Shown here: piece after piece, positions 23,774-34,610 of the stretch
How the letters are laid out: the number at the start of each line of letters is the position of its first letter
How positions within the stretch are numbered: position 1 is the first letter of the stretch
Source: Parcubacteria group bacterium GW2011_GWC1_36_108
GTDB taxonomy: Bacteria; Patescibacteriota; Minisyncoccia; Moranbacterales; GWC2-37-73
DNA length: 42,338 nt
Direction: 5' to 3'
Assembly (NCBI GenBank): GCA_000991245.1
Contig: LBRD01000001.1
Span: 135,467 to 177,804 of the forward strand
Position numbers and translations under genes: made by a program
The notes under the pieces: generated by a model
The model's database searches: none
Told to the model about the DNA's origin: nothing
What the model saw: the letters and a program-made list of their open reading frames with translations, nothing else

Positions 23774-26566
23774 TTACAAGTATTTCGCAGTCCAACTCTT
23801 CTTATCTTTTTTTAATTGATCTGGCGTACCAGCAAAAGTAAGATAACCACCAAGGTCGCCACCATCCGGTCCAAGCTCAATCACCCAATCAGCATCGCGC
23901 ACCACATCAAGATTGTGTTCAACCACAATCACAGTATTTCCTTTATCAACCAATGCATTAAGAACACTCAACAATTTTCTAATGTCATCAAAATGAAGTC
24001 CTGCGGTTGGTTCATCCAAAATATACAAAGTACTGCCAGTTGATTTTCGCGCAAGCTCAGTGGCAAGCTTAATACGTTGAGCTTCTCCACCAGAAAGATT
24101 TGTTGCACTTTGACCAAGTTTCAAATATCCAAGTCCAACATCTTCCATAGTTTTAAGTTTTTCAGCAATAAGCGGATGCCTTGCAAAAAATCGCAGTGCT
24201 AAACGCACATCCATATCCAAAATCTGCGCCACGTTAAAACCTTTGTATTCTATTTCAAGAGTTTTTTTGCTAAATCTTGTTCCTCCACAAGCTTCACATT
24301 TCACATACATATCAGGCAAAAGATGCATTTCTATTTTCTTTGAACCTTCACCTTGGCACACTTCGCAGCGCCCACCTTTCATATTAAAACTAAAGCGACT
24401 AGCAGTATAATTTCTGTTCTTTGCCTCCTCCACGCCAGCAAACAAATCGCGAATATGTGAAAACACTCCGGTATAAGTTGCTGCATTTGAGCGCGGGGTG
24501 CGTCCGATTGGATTTTGATTAATACTGATAACCTTTTTAATATGCTCAAATCCTTTGATTTTTTTGTGCTTGCCAGGAAGATCTCGTGTGTTATAAAAAT
24601 GTCGCGATAATGCTTTGGCTAAAATATTTTTTACCAAAGTTGATTTTCCACTGCCTGAAACTCCACAAATAACCACAAATTTTTCCAATGGAATACTGAT
24701 ATCAACTTTTTTCAAATTGTTTTCTTCTGCCCCGAGAATTTCAATGAACTTACCATTTCCACTTCGGTTTTTTTTCTTTTCTGAAACTTTTTTCTTTTTA
24801 GATATATATTGTGCGGTAAGATTTTTAGATTTAATAAGTTGATTATAATCTCCTTCAAAAACTACGATCCCACCTTCTTCTCCTGCCCCCGGACCCATAT
24901 CAACAATCCAGTCAGCAGCTTTAATAATGCTTTCATCGTGCTCAACCACAATCAGGGAATTGCCAACATTTTGCAGGGCTTTAATAGTATTAATAAGTTT
25001 TTCCGTGTCTCGAGAATGAAGTCCAATGGAAGGTTCATCTAAAACATACACAATCCCCATCAATTGAGAATTTAACTGTGCGGCCAAACGAATACGCTGA
25101 GCCTCGCCACCAGAAATTGTTTGTGCAGATCGTCCCAAATTTAAATATTCCAACCCAACATTTTCAAGAGCACTAAGACGCTGCAAAATTTCTCGCACAA
25201 TCGGTTTACCTATACTTTTTTCCTGTGTTGTTTGAACCCAATTTTCAACATCCTCAAAAAATTCTCGCAGATGGGTTATACTCATTGAAACCATCACGTC
25301 TATTGTTTTTCCTTGAACTTCCACTGCCAAAAATTCTTTCTTAAGACGCTTGCCATCGCAAGATGGACAAGTATGCGCAGTCATATATTTTTCAATTTCA
25401 CTGCGCACATAATCAGATTTTGTTTCTTGATATTTTTTTTCTAATGCCGGAATTACGCCTTCAAATCCATCATTACCATAAAGCACAATTTTCAAATTTT
25501 GCTCGGATAATTTTTTGACCGGCACGTTCATTGAAAATTTATATTTTTTTGCAACATCTTTAAGTGTCAAAAGTTGCACACTTTGTCCGCTTATTTTTCC
25601 ACCAGATTTGCTCCAAGGTTGAATTGCACCCTCCATCAAAGAAAGATTTTTATTTGGGATAATAAGTTCTTCATTTACTTTTAAAGTGTAACCTAAACCG
25701 GAGCACAAATCGCATGCTCCTTCTGGACTATTAAAAGAAAAATGTCTTGGTGTCACTTCTTTTATTTTTACCCCGCACTTGGAACAAAAGAAATCTTGAT
25801 TATAGTTACGTTCTTCAATATTATCAAACAAGATCTTCACTGAATTGCCACCATTTTTCATTGCTGTTTCAATAGAATCCAACATTCTTTCCACATCAGG
25901 TTTTTTCTTATCAAGTACAATTCTATCAATAACCATCTCAATATCAGTTTCAATTTCACGTTCACTGAGCATCATAGCTTCCGCCACAGTAAACATTTTT
26001 CCATTGAAACGCACGCGAGCATAGCCCATTTGTGCAATATGTTTTAGCAATTCTTTTCCAACAGCAATATCTTTCGGCTTTGCCAAAATAGCAATTTGCG
26101 TGTGATGAGAAAATGTTAAAATTTCATCCAAAATTTCCTGATTACTTCTTTTTTGCATTGATGTCCCACACTCCGGACAATGCAAAACTCCAATTTTTGC
26201 ATACATAATGCGCAAATAATCATACACCTCAGTCAATGTTCCCACTGTTGAACGAGGTGAACGTGAAATACTTTTTTGATCGATTGAAATCGGAGGAGAA
26301 AGATTTTCAATTTTATCCACATCAGGCTTCACTGATGGATCCAAAAAATTTCGCGCATATGAAGAAAGACCTTCCATATATCGACGGTTTCCTTCGGCAT
26401 AAATAGTATCAAAAGCCAAGGATGATTTCCCAGAACCCGAAAGACCCGTGATTACCACGAACTTATCCCGTGGGATATTAACATCAATGTTTTTCAGGTT
26501 ATTGACTCGCGCACCCTTAATAATAATCTCATTTGTCTGTTTCGAGTTTTCTTTTTTAGAAGCCAT
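23774..26566 (-). CDS. uvrA: Excinuclease ABC subunit A paralogue (the more divergent copy)
   Basis: 930 aa with two ABC modules ([23 protein letters not shown]), LSGGEAQR twice, and zinc modules CPECG...CSKCG and CEVC...CEAC. Confidence 0.93.
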   Translation of the reverse strand: MASKKENSKQTNEIIIKGARVNNLKNIDVNIPRDKFVVITGLSGSGKSSLAFDTIYAEGNRRYMEGLSSYARNFLDPSVKPDVDKIENLSPPISIDQKSISRSPRSTVGTLTEVYDYLRIMYAKIGVLHCPECGTSMQKRSNQEILDEILTFSHHTQIAILAKPKDIAVGKELLKHIAQMGYARVRFNGKMFTVAEAMMLSEREIETDIEMVIDRIVLDKKKPDVERMLDSIETAMKNGGNSVKILFDNIEERNYNQDFFCSKCGVKIKEVTPRHFSFNSPEGACDLCSGLGYTLKVNEELIIPNKNLSLMEGAIQPWSKSGGKISGQSVQLLTLKDVAKKYKFSMNVPVKKLSEQNLKIVLYGNDGFEGVIPALEKKYQETKSDYVRSEIEKYMTAHTCPSCDGKRLKKEFLAVEVQGKTIDVMVSMSITHLREFFEDVENWVQTTQEKSIGKPIVREILQRLSALENVGLEYLNLGRSAQTISGGEAQRIRLAAQLNSQLMGIVYVLDEPSIGLHSRDTEKLINTIKALQNVGNSLIVVEHDESIIKAADWIVDMGPGAGEEGGIVVFEGDYNQLIKSKNLTAQYISKKKKVSEKKKNRSGNGKFIEILGAEENNLKKVDISIPLEKFVVICGVSGSGKSTLVKNILAKALSRHFYNTRDLPGKHKKIKGFEHIKKVISINQNPIGRTPRSNAATYTGVFSHIRDLFAGVEEAKNRNYTASRFSFNMKGGRCEVCQGEGSKKIEMHLLPDMYVKCEACGGTRFSKKTLEIEYKGFNVAQILDMDVRLALRFFARHPLIAEKLKTMEDVGLGYLKLGQSATNLSGGEAQRIKLATELARKSTGSTLYILDEPTAGLHFDDIRKLLSVLNALVDKGNTVIVVEHNLDVVRDADWVIELGPDGGDLGGYLTFAGTPDQLKKDKKSWTAKYL

Positions 26567-26658
26567 AATATATAGAAGAGTTATGAATTGTGAATTGAAA
26601 ATTGTCTAGAGAATGATATCAGAAAAATAGCCAGATGTAAAGCCTAGACCAAAAACAA

Positions 26659-26697
26659 GAAAAACAGACCTACCAGCTGCAGAGGTCTGTTTTTTTA
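26659..26697 (-). terminator. Bidirectional terminator after copA
   Basis: acagacct (26664-26671) pairs with aggtctgt (26683-26690), flanked by an A-run and a T-run. Confidence 0.7.
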
Positions 26698-26716
26698 TTT
26701 AAGTTTGATATTATTT

Positions 26717-29428
26717 TTATTCCATCAAAGAACTGAATTTTGCAAACTCATAAAATCCAAAAGTAAACACGGCCATCATAACGATTGGCGCAACCAAAGA
26801 AACATAATTTCTTTTGCCAGGTTTGAATAATTTTAGCAGCAGTGAATTACTTACCACTGAAATCGAACTCAAAGCCATCGCAAGTCCTGCTAGTTCTGGT
26901 TTCAAAATAAGTCCGAATGCAAAGAACACACGAGCGGCAATCGGAATACCAATCGCGTTGTAAAACAAAGCAAAGAACATATTTTGTTTAATCTTACTCA
27001 TAGTTTCCTTGGAAAGTTGAAACGAGATAACAACGTCATTTAAGTCACTCTTCATGATTACAATGTCTCCCGCTTCCATAGCCACATCAGTTCCTGATCC
27101 CATGGCAATTCCAACATTTGCCTGAGCAAGTGCTGGGGCATCATTAACACCATCTCCAACCATAGCCACTTTTTTACCAGTAGCTTGAAGTTTTTTGACT
27201 TCATTGGCTTTATCTTCTGGCAAAACTTCTGCCAAAATATTGGTAATTCCAACTTGCAGACCAATCGCTTTTGCTGTGCGAGCGTTGTCTCCAGTAATCA
27301 TCCAGACATCAATTCCCATCTTCTTCAATTTTTCAACAGCTTCTCGCGATGTTTCTTTGACAGTGTCAGCAACTGCAATGATTCCAACTATTCCCTCCTT
27401 GGTTGCCAAAATCATCGCGGTTTTGCCTTGCTCTTCAAGGCGTGCCATTTTTCGTTCGATTTTTTTAACATCCAAGTTTAAAGTTTCAATCATCAACTTA
27501 CGCGTTCCAATGAAATAAGTTGTTCCACTTACATCTCCCTGCACACCGCGACCGGTTATCGAGTTGAAATTTTGAACTTCCTCCAAATCAATATTTTCTT
27601 CCTCAGCATAATTACAGATCGCTTCCGCCAAAGGATGCTCGGAAAGTTTTTCCAAACTGGCAGACACAGCTAAAACTTCATCTTCATCTAGATTTCCCAA
27701 AGCCAAAATATCGGTAACTTCCGGCTTTCCATGTGTCAGCGTTCCAGTCTTGTCAAAAATGACAGCGGAAATATTTGAGGCGGCTTCAAGAGCTTCACCG
27801 CCTTTCACTAAAATTCCATACTCGGCGCCTTTGCCAGTTCCCACCATGAGTGAGGTTGGTGTGGCCAAACCGAGCGCGCACGGGCAAGCAATCACAATCA
27901 CCGAGGTGAAGGCCATCAAAGAAAACGCCAATGTTGCACCCAGCGCGAAGTACCAAATTAAAAATGTCAGGATTGCAATTCCAATTACAGCTGGCACAAA
28001 CCAGGCTGAGATGTTATCCGCGAAACTTTGAATCGGAGCTTTTGAGCCTTGTGCTTCTTCAATCAAGCGAATGATTTGGGCCAGCGTCGTTTCTGATCCG
28101 ACACGAGTAGCCTCAAATTCAAAACTTCCAGTTTTGTTGATTGTTCCTCCAACGACAATGTCGCCCACGTTTTTTTCAGCCGGGATGCTTTCTCCTGTAA
28201 TCATGGATTCATCCACTGCCGAAGATCCTTTCGTTATTTTTCCGTCCACCGGAACTTTTTCTCCAGGACGAACAATAATAATATCGCCGTGAATCGCATC
28301 ATCAATTGAAATATCAACTGTTTGACCATCGCGGATCACGCGAGCTGTCTTTGCTTGAAGTCCCATCAACTTCTTGATCGCATCAGAAGTCTTTCCTTTT
28401 GTCCTAATTTCTAACCACTTACCCAAAATTACAAATGTAATAAGATATGCCGCAGTCTCAAAATATAGATCAGGAATTTTCATGCCAGCTCTTCCAATCA
28501 AAGAGTTGTTAGCAATAACATACGTCACATAGTTATATAAACTATAGAAAAACGCAGTTGAAGTTCCGATTGCAATCAAACTGTCCATATTAAATGTTTT
28601 CATCTTAAGTGATGACCACATTCCCTTATAGAATCCGGCTCCAATAATAAATTGAACTGGAATTGTCAAAAGCAATGAAAACACACCTATGTATGGAGCA
28701 AAGGCTTTTTCCCCAGGAAGCCACTTGAAGAAATCAAATCCCATAAAATATAACATCGGGAAACTCAAGATAAAACTGAAAATGAATTTAGTGAAAAGCG
28801 TTGAACTTTCTTTCTCGCGTTTACGAGTTTCATATTCCGTATCTTTTGCATCAACTTGTTCTCCTTTGTAACCAACTTTGGCGATAGCATCCGTAAGAGT
28901 TTTCACGCTCGAAACATTTTCATCAAAAAGAATGGAAGCCTTCTCGGCTGAAAAATTTACCGTTGCCTGCTTAACTCCTGGAGTTTTTTTAAGTTGTCTT
29001 TCAATAATATTGGCGCACGAACTACAATGCATACCAAAAAGTGACAAACTTACACGCTTGCTTGAATCTCCCACCTTAGTAGCTGCATTTGCCACTATAT
29101 TGTCGTCTGATACAATGACAGCCTTTTTCAATTCTCGAACGTCACTGGCGACATCTAACATTACTTTTTTTAATTCCCGCAGATCATTTGATTTGGCTTC
29201 AATATTTTCTTCGTCTGTTATCACTGCTACATAACCAGCTTTCTTAATTGCGTCCAAGATTTCTTGTTTGGTACTTTTCTCATCATCAATAATCAATTCC
29301 GCAATACCAGTTTTTGCATTAATCGTAATTTCACTAATACCAACAAGCTCCCCAAGTTCCTCCTTAACAATCATCTCGCATGACTCGCAATGCATGCCAG
29401 TAATTTGCAATCTTATTTGCTTTTTCAT
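26717..29428 (-). CDS. copA: Copper-translocating P1B-type ATPase with two N-terminal HMA domains
   Basis: 903 aa with GMHCESCE and GMHCSSCA (CxxC), the TGES loop ITGESIP, a CPC transmembrane motif ([11 protein letters not shown]), DKTGTLT and GDGVNDAP. Confidence 0.95.
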   Translation of the reverse strand: MKKQIRLQITGMHCESCEMIVKEELGELVGISEITINAKTGIAELIIDDEKSTKQEILDAIKKAGYVAVITDEENIEAKSNDLRELKKVMLDVASDVRELKKAVIVSDDNIVANAATKVGDSSKRVSLSLFGMHCSSCANIIERQLKKTPGVKQATVNFSAEKASILFDENVSSVKTLTDAIAKVGYKGEQVDAKDTEYETRKREKESSTLFTKFIFSFILSFPMLYFMGFDFFKWLPGEKAFAPYIGVFSLLLTIPVQFIIGAGFYKGMWSSLKMKTFNMDSLIAIGTSTAFFYSLYNYVTYVIANNSLIGRAGMKIPDLYFETAAYLITFVILGKWLEIRTKGKTSDAIKKLMGLQAKTARVIRDGQTVDISIDDAIHGDIIIVRPGEKVPVDGKITKGSSAVDESMITGESIPAEKNVGDIVVGGTINKTGSFEFEATRVGSETTLAQIIRLIEEAQGSKAPIQSFADNISAWFVPAVIGIAILTFLIWYFALGATLAFSLMAFTSVIVIACPCALGLATPTSLMVGTGKGAEYGILVKGGEALEAASNISAVIFDKTGTLTHGKPEVTDILALGNLDEDEVLAVSASLEKLSEHPLAEAICNYAEEENIDLEEVQNFNSITGRGVQGDVSGTTYFIGTRKLMIETLNLDVKKIERKMARLEEQGKTAMILATKEGIVGIIAVADTVKETSREAVEKLKKMGIDVWMITGDNARTAKAIGLQVGITNILAEVLPEDKANEVKKLQATGKKVAMVGDGVNDAPALAQANVGIAMGSGTDVAMEAGDIVIMKSDLNDVVISFQLSKETMSKIKQNMFFALFYNAIGIPIAARVFFAFGLILKPELAGLAMALSSISVVSNSLLLKLFKPGKRNYVSLVAPIVMMAVFTFGFYEFAKFSSLME

Positions 29429-29449
29429 ATTAAAATTAAATTAATTGTA

Positions 29450-29656
29450 TTAAATTTTTGTAACTGTATGCCCTGCCATTTTCACAGCCTCGCCAATTTC
29501 ATCAAGCCCAATTTCACGACTAGCTTGAATCGCAGCTTCTCCATCTTCTTTAATGTCAACACTTTCCACCCCTGCTATTTTTTCGATTTTCATGGTTGCC
29601 AATTTAACGCACGATTCACAATGAAAACCATTTACTTTAAATTTAATTTCGTTCAT
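29450..29656 (-). CDS. copZ: Copper chaperone, HMA domain
   Basis: 68 aa. It has GFHCESC, and the size and pattern fit a ferredoxin-like fold. Confidence 0.85.
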   Translation of the reverse strand: MNEIKFKVNGFHCESCVKLATMKIEKIAGVESVDIKEDGEAAIQASREIGLDEIGEAVKMAGHTVTKI

Positions 29657-29709
29657 ATTATTATATCAATTTATTTATAGATTTACATTATTACAATTAG
29701 GAATAAAAA

Positions 29710-31557
29710 TTATTCAACGGTTATAGTTCCCCGTGGCACACCCATTGCACAGGTAATCTGATACACACCTTTTTTAGAAGGAGTAAACACCATTTCAATT
29801 TTTTTACCAGCTATAAGTTGAAAGACATCATCACTAAGCCCCGGCAGAGCGACTGTACTCATACAGCCTTGACCATTTTCTTTTACGTCCACTGCAAATT
29901 TGACTGGCTGACCGACTTTGACCGTAAAGGTATTGGGCTGCATATCATCATTAAGAGTATAGGAAGTTTTTATCACTTGCTCATCTACTTTTGCAGTGTC
30001 GGATACTGGTGCAATTTCAACCTTTCCTTCAGCAGGAACAACAGGCTTTCCCCCTCCACCACAGCCTCCACAACCTCCTCCAGTCGATCCAGACCCCCCA
30101 GAGCCACAAGTTCCCGCTGCCGCAGAAGCCACCCCTTGAGTCGTTGTGATGTTTGCAGCGTCAACCGAGCTATTCCCTGCCTGTCCCGCAGACGAGTCAT
30201 CCACCACCGTAAACGCTCCAGTGTACATTCCCATAGAACATGAAAATGGAATCTTACCCGTTTCTTTTGGTGTAAATTCAATAACGTTTTCACCTGCTTT
30301 TAAAGTTTTTTGAATTTTCAAACTTGAAACCACAAGACTGCTGGCACAAGAATATGGAGCCTGAGCGTCAATAACCCATTTGACTGGGACACCTTTTTTA
30401 ATCGTGAATTTGTTCGGAGAATATCCACTAGCAATTTCCTTCATCCTTACAACCTGCACGCCGTTTTCCATCGTCACATTAGGATCGCTAACTTGTTTGT
30501 TATTTGTTGTTTGTTGTCTATTGTTTGTTAATATTTGTAGACCAGTTAAATTATAACCATTGGCAATATTAAACATCGCCAAGAATACCACGAGAATTCC
30601 AGCAAATTTGAAAAATCTTCGTGCAAAAATTCCGCGCACCACACTGGCCAAACCACCTACGCCCAAAAGTCCCGGCGCCGTTCCCAGGGCAAAAATTCCC
30701 ATAATCAATGCGCCCTGCGTGAAGCTTCCACTACTCACAGCATAAAGTTGCATCGCTTGCGTGAAACCGCAGGGAAGAAAGAATGTCAGCCCTCCCATAA
30801 TGAATGAATTTTTATGACTATATTCTTTGGTATGATTTTTTATGCCCAAGGCATTGCTAATACTTTTCGGTAAAGTTATTCCACCATTTTCCAAACGGGG
30901 AAAAATTCCGATCAACTTAAGTCCGAGCGACAACATCACAATTCCCACCGCAATCGTCAAAATTCCCAAAGTCACCCCTGACAATTGAAATGAAGATCCA
31001 ATCAAGCCGAGCATTCCACCCAACAAGGCGTAAATCACAATCCTGCCAGCATTGAAAAATAAATGTGGACGAAACTTTTGCGCGGCAGTAGCCTCAGGAT
31101 GTTTCTCGGAATGACGAGCAGAAATTCCCAAAATCAAACCTCCAACCAATGCCATACAAGTTGAAATCCCAGCTGTAATTCCCACCAAAAAAACCACACC
31201 CAAGCTCGATGGATTTGATGCGGAACTTACTCCAATGTCAGCTAGTCCTAAATTTTTTGCAATCAAATAAATACCAAACAGAAACAAAAAAGCGATCCCC
31301 AAATCTTTATATTCATTTATATTCCGACTGAACAACGGTTTTTTTTCTCTCACTCCAACTGTATAACCAGCTTCCCTGATGGCTTTTTCTATTTCCACCA
31401 TACTAGGTTTTTGAGATTCGTAATAAATATCAGCTGTTCCCTTCTTACAATTGACGTCTATTTTTTTGATCTTACTAATTTCAGACAGTTTGTTCTCAAC
31501 AAGAATTTCACAAGACTTGCAATGCATTCCAACAATTGGAACTGTTATTTTTTGCAT
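29710..31557 (-). CDS. Fusion protein: HMA domain, a DsbD_2/TauE-like 6-TM domain, and two cupredoxin_1-like domains
   Basis: 615 aa. GMHCKSCE is at the N-terminus. The membrane core carries STCM and FFLPCGFT motifs. Two C-terminal modules end in FSCSMGMYTG and ITCAMGVPRG. A Gly/Cys linker, TCGSGGSGSTGGGCGGCGGGG, lies between them. Confidence 0.8.
   Translation of the reverse strand: MQKITVPIVGMHCKSCEILVENKLSEISKIKKIDVNCKKGTADIYYESQKPSMVEIEKAIREAGYTVGVREKKPLFSRNINEYKDLGIAFLFLFGIYLIAKNLGLADIGVSSASNPSSLGVVFLVGITAGISTCMALVGGLILGISARHSEKHPEATAAQKFRPHLFFNAGRIVIYALLGGMLGLIGSSFQLSGVTLGILTIAVGIVMLSLGLKLIGIFPRLENGGITLPKSISNALGIKNHTKEYSHKNSFIMGGLTFFLPCGFTQAMQLYAVSSGSFTQGALIMGIFALGTAPGLLGVGGLASVVRGIFARRFFKFAGILVVFLAMFNIANGYNLTGLQILTNNRQQTTNNKQVSDPNVTMENGVQVVRMKEIASGYSPNKFTIKKGVPVKWVIDAQAPYSCASSLVVSSLKIQKTLKAGENVIEFTPKETGKIPFSCSMGMYTGAFTVVDDSSAGQAGNSSVDAANITTTQGVASAAAGTCGSGGSGSTGGGCGGCGGGGKPVVPAEGKVEIAPVSDTAKVDEQVIKTSYTLNDDMQPNTFTVKVGQPVKFAVDVKENGQGCMSTVALPGLSDDVFQLIAGKKIEMVFTPSKKGVYQITCAMGVPRGTITVE
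30493..30541. repeat. Degenerate heptamer array (ttgtttg-type, about 7 units) inside the fusion-protein gene
   Basis: ttgtttg ttatttg ttgtttg ttgtcta ttgtttg ttaatat ttgtaga. It encodes LQILTNNRQQTTNNKQ. Confidence 0.75.
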
Positions 31558-31631
31558 ATTATATAAGTGTTTATTTTTTTAAGTATACCAAAAACCACCC
31601 TTATTTCAAAAGGGCAAACAAGAAAAAAGAT

Positions 31632-32036
31632 TTATTCCTTCAGAAAAACTGAAGAAATAATATCCGGCTTCGGTGGCGAAGCAGAAGATAATTCTATTAA
31701 TTTATATTGAAAAATATAATTTGGATCAATAACAGTTTCAGTGCCAAGAGAAGAAAATTTAATATTCTGATTGAAAGTAGAAGCTTGGATTGCTGAAGCA
31801 CCACCCTGCTTGTTTTCACAGCAAGGTTTTAATGCATTATTATCCGTAGTTTCATCTTGATGTATAATGACATTTACAGTGTTTACTGAATGCATTGTTT
31901 GATTCAATGTAATATTATTATCCATTGAATTCATTTCAGCCGAAGCAACCATTCCATCAGAAAAACCACCCACAATTACAAGAATTGCAGCAAGTAGAAA
32001 GCTTGGCAAAATTTTTCGTGATATTTTTTTTATCAT
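31632..32036 (-). CDS. Hypothetical secreted or membrane-anchored small protein, first gene of the copper cluster
   Basis: The likely start is M8 (MIKKISRKILPSFLLAAILVIVGG), which forms a signal anchor. It contains KPCCENKQGG. No family recognised. Confidence 0.5.
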   Translation of the reverse strand: MIKKISRKILPSFLLAAILVIVGGFSDGMVASAEMNSMDNNITLNQTMHSVNTVNVIIHQDETTDNNALKPCCENKQGGASAIQASTFNQNIKFSSLGTETVIDPNYIFQYKLIELSSASPPKPDIISSVFLKE

Positions 32037-32147
32037 ATTTTCATTCCCATTGCACAAAACTGAGTTCGCCTATCTTCCCGAATCTCAGTCTTGATTTGTA
32101 ATTATTCATACGCAACACTTCAAACTGTCTTTCAATTAATTTCACAA

Positions 32148-32177
32148 TTGACAATTCATCAGTCTAGCTGTATAAAT
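32148..32177 (+). promoter_or_regulatory. Near-consensus sigma-70 promoter for the 124-aa plus-strand ORF
   Basis: TTGACA (32148-32153), a 17-nt spacer, then TATAAAT (32171-32177). Confidence 0.6.
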
Positions 32178-32239
32178 ATATTTCAACAGTTACTTCACAA
32201 AAAACCGCCAAAAGGCGCAAATATGAAAGGAGAACACCC

Positions 32240-32614
32240 GTGAAAACATTACTTATCAACGAAACTGAAAACCCCGAGGAACTTAACATGATGCTTGGTT
32301 TTGACCTTGGTCTGAGAGAATACCAAGTTAGGGCCATTTTTCCATCGCTCGAATATGCATTAATGGTTCTCAAAAAAAGTCCTGGGGAATTCAAATTTAT
32401 CGTAATTGAGCCTCACAAAGAAATGCTCATAAAAAAATTCGCTATGATTAACACCCTGTCTAAAAATTTTCCAGGCATTCCAATCCTAATTATAGGCGAA
32501 TCACGATTTACACGTAGTAACTTACTAAATAATAAGCTAAACAACTTACACCACTTTGAAACACTGGAAGGTGCAGCACGCTTCATTGCAATACATCCAA
32601 ATTCAAAAGAATAA
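32240..32614 (+). CDS. Hypothetical 124-aa protein with a (beta-alpha)5 receiver-like pattern lacking the phospho-acceptor Asp
   Basis: It has a GTG start 5 nt after the RBS AAAGGAGAA (32226-32234), its own promoter and its own terminator. The alternating hydrophobic-strand/helix pattern is LLINETE, VRAIF, FIVIEPH, ILIIGES. Confidence 0.6.
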   Translation: MKTLLINETENPEELNMMLGFDLGLREYQVRAIFPSLEYALMVLKKSPGEFKFIVIEPHKEMLIKKFAMINTLSKNFPGIPILIIGESRFTRSNLLNNKLNNLHHFETLEGAARFIAIHPNSKE

Positions 32615-32642
32615 TCTTAAATGATACCGAATTACATACAAA

Positions 32643-32676
32643 AGAGACAGCCATAGTTGGTTGCCTCTTTTTTCTT
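32643..32676 (+). terminator. Terminator after the 124-aa ORF
   Basis: agagacagcca / tggttgcctct form an 11-bp stem with one mismatch and one G-U pair, followed by TTTTTT. Confidence 0.55.
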
Positions 32677-32769
32677 TTCAACAATAACAAAACAAATTTT
32701 ACCATATGAAGTAGAATGGTAAAGATGATATTTTCTCAATCCTTCTATATGTAGTTGTGTAGTAGGATT

Positions 32770-34074
32770 TTATTTTAAAGAGTTTTTGCTGCGTAATTTT
32801 CGGTGATAAGAGATTGCAAAACGGTGAGCTTCATCCATAATGAATTTCACGAGATTGTCATCTTGAAGTACATTCACAATTAGTGAATTGGCATTTATTT
32901 GTAGATTAGTATTATATCTAATATCAAGTTTTTTGCGTGTCGGACCTTTTGCTACACCAACAATCCCAACCACTAATCCCAGCTCTTCGTGCAGCAATTT
33001 CTCTGCCATATTAACGTGTCCCTGTCCGCCATCTAGTAAAATCAAATCTGGCATCGCCCAATCATTATTAAATCTTCGCGACAAAACTTCTTTCATCATC
33101 GCCACATCATTACTACCATTTACTGTTTTAATTTTAAACTTACGATATTGAGATTTGTTAGCTTGCCCACCTGCCTGTCCGGTAGGCAGGTTTTCAAAAA
33201 CTACCATTGAGCCAACAGCGTGATCGCCTGAAATATTGGAGATATCATAAGCCTCTATACGGGCAGGCTTTAGCTTATTAGGCGTTAGCTTTTTAGAAAA
33301 TTCAACAGGCTCAAAATCTCTTGTCATCAACGCGACGTCGCGAATATGCTGCAGGGCAAAAATTTTGTTTCGCAAAACTGCCGCTTTTTCAAATTCATTT
33401 TTTTTGGCAAAAGTTTGCATCTCTTTTTCCATTCTTGAAATCAAACTTCTTTTCTTGCCCTGTAAAATCATTTCTATTCCGCGGATATTTTTTTTATAAT
33501 CAACCTTAGAAATAGCATCACTGTACGGTCCAGGACAAAGACCGATTTGAAAATCCAAACATCCCTTTTCAGTTTTTTGTTTACCCGCATGAAAAGGAAA
33601 AATCCTGCGAATAATTTTAAGTGCAATCTGCATCTGTTGCTTGCTCGTATATGGACCGTAAATAGCTTTTAGCTTATAACTTTTAGCTTCTAGCTTTTCA
33701 AGATCAATATCGGTTTTCCTAAAAATCAAAAATTTTGGAAATTCTTCTTTAGTTACAACAAAATAAGAAAATGATTTATCATCCTTTTCCAAGGTATTAT
33801 ATTTCGGCTGATGTTTTTTAATTAGATTGCTTTCCAAAATCAAAGCCTCCAGCACTGAATCAGTTTGCTCAAAATCAATGTCAGCCACTTGAACCACCAT
33901 CAAACCAATCCACTCACTTCTGCCTACCACAATATCCCCTCGAAAATACGATCCCACGCGGCTTTTAAGATTAGTCGCCTTACCAATATACAAAATCTTG
34001 CCATTTTGATCACGGAAAAAATACACCCCCGGCGTTATAGGCAATTCTTTAATTTTATCGCTTATTATTGACAT
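32770..34074 (-). CDS. uvrC: Excinuclease ABC subunit C (short form, 434 aa)
   Basis: It has an N-terminal GIY-YIG (PGVYFFRDQNGKILYIGKATNLKSR), a UVR-like helix, and a central endonuclease region (IEAYDISNISG...YRKFKIK). Confidence 0.93.
   Translation of the reverse strand: MSIISDKIKELPITPGVYFFRDQNGKILYIGKATNLKSRVGSYFRGDIVVGRSEWIGLMVVQVADIDFEQTDSVLEALILESNLIKKHQPKYNTLEKDDKSFSYFVVTKEEFPKFLIFRKTDIDLEKLEAKSYKLKAIYGPYTSKQQMQIALKIIRRIFPFHAGKQKTEKGCLDFQIGLCPGPYSDAISKVDYKKNIRGIEMILQGKKRSLISRMEKEMQTFAKKNEFEKAAVLRNKIFALQHIRDVALMTRDFEPVEFSKKLTPNKLKPARIEAYDISNISGDHAVGSMVVFENLPTGQAGGQANKSQYRKFKIKTVNGSNDVAMMKEVLSRRFNNDWAMPDLILLDGGQGHVNMAEKLLHEELGLVVGIVGVAKGPTRKKLDIRYNTNLQINANSLIVNVLQDDNLVKFIMDEAHRFAISYHRKLRSKNSLK
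33170..33190. repeat. 21-nt GC-rich palindromic mini-element inside uvrC
   Basis: cctgcctgtccggtaggcagg, identical to 18111-18131. Here it encodes LPTGQAG, a different frame from ileS. Confidence 0.9.
33664..33698. repeat. Degenerate heptamer array (agctttt-type, 5 units) inside uvrC
   Basis: agctttt agcttat aactttt agcttct agctttt. It encodes EKLEAKSYKLKA. Confidence 0.8.
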
Positions 34075-34097
34075 TTTATTAAAATAAGACTATAAAT
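34068..34097 (+). promoter_or_regulatory. Near-consensus sigma-70 promoter for the 99-aa plus-strand ORF, overlapping the uvrC start codon
   Basis: TTGACA (34068-34073), a 17-nt spacer, then TATAAAT (34091-34097). Confidence 0.6.
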
Positions 34098-34163
34098 GAA
34101 AACTGTAGTAACTTGACATTAACATAACAATAAACGCCAAAAAAGGCAAAAAGGAGAATCTCC

Positions 34164-34463
34164 ATGAAATACAAGCTGACACAACAAACAGTGATATGCC
34201 TTGACGAAATATTGGAAAGTATTAAGATGCGCACTATTAGCGCGAAACAGCGTGAATGGCTAAAAGAAAAAATCAAGGAAATAAAAGAAGGTCAGTTTTC
34301 AGTTGCAGACTACGAACAGAAATTGAATAAGATATTAACATCAATGCATAGACAGGTAGAAATTAGCTATTCTCATAATTCAAACCACTGTGAAACTTTT
34401 GCTTTTCTTCACATGAAATTGCTGCACATTTTTGAAAATCGTTTTTTTATAGAAAAAAAATAA
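34164..34463 (+). CDS. Hypothetical 99-aa, mostly helical protein
   Basis: The ATG lies 5 nt after the RBS AAGGAGAA. The gene has its own promoter and a strong terminator. No family recognised. Confidence 0.55.
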   Translation: MKYKLTQQTVICLDEILESIKMRTISAKQREWLKEKIKEIKEGQFSVADYEQKLNKILTSMHRQVEISYSHNSNHCETFAFLHMKLLHIFENRFFIEKK

Positions 34464-34482
34464 CAAATAAAATTTATTACAA

Positions 34483-34538
34483 AGGGCGGAAGTTTATTTG
34501 GCTAAATCGTCAAAGAAAACTTCCGCCCTCTTTTTTTA
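34483..34538 (+). terminator. Strong terminator after the 99-aa ORF
   Basis: agggcggaagtt (34483-34494) pairs with aacttccgccct (34518-34529), followed by a T7 run. Confidence 0.75.
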
Positions 34539-34610
34539 TCTATTTCCAAAAAAACCAAACTTCATACGACCGCTTGTGCTTTGGTCTTTTTTACTTTATG
34601 AACTTTATAA

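Noticed and set aside
32164-32394. Small minus-strand ORFs at 32164-32394, 34079-34276, 37719-37916 and 39040-39225.
   Set aside because: They overlap better-supported plus-strand genes, promoters, terminators or repeat arms. They lack an RBS, and their sequences are Cys/Phe/Leu-rich nonsense-like.
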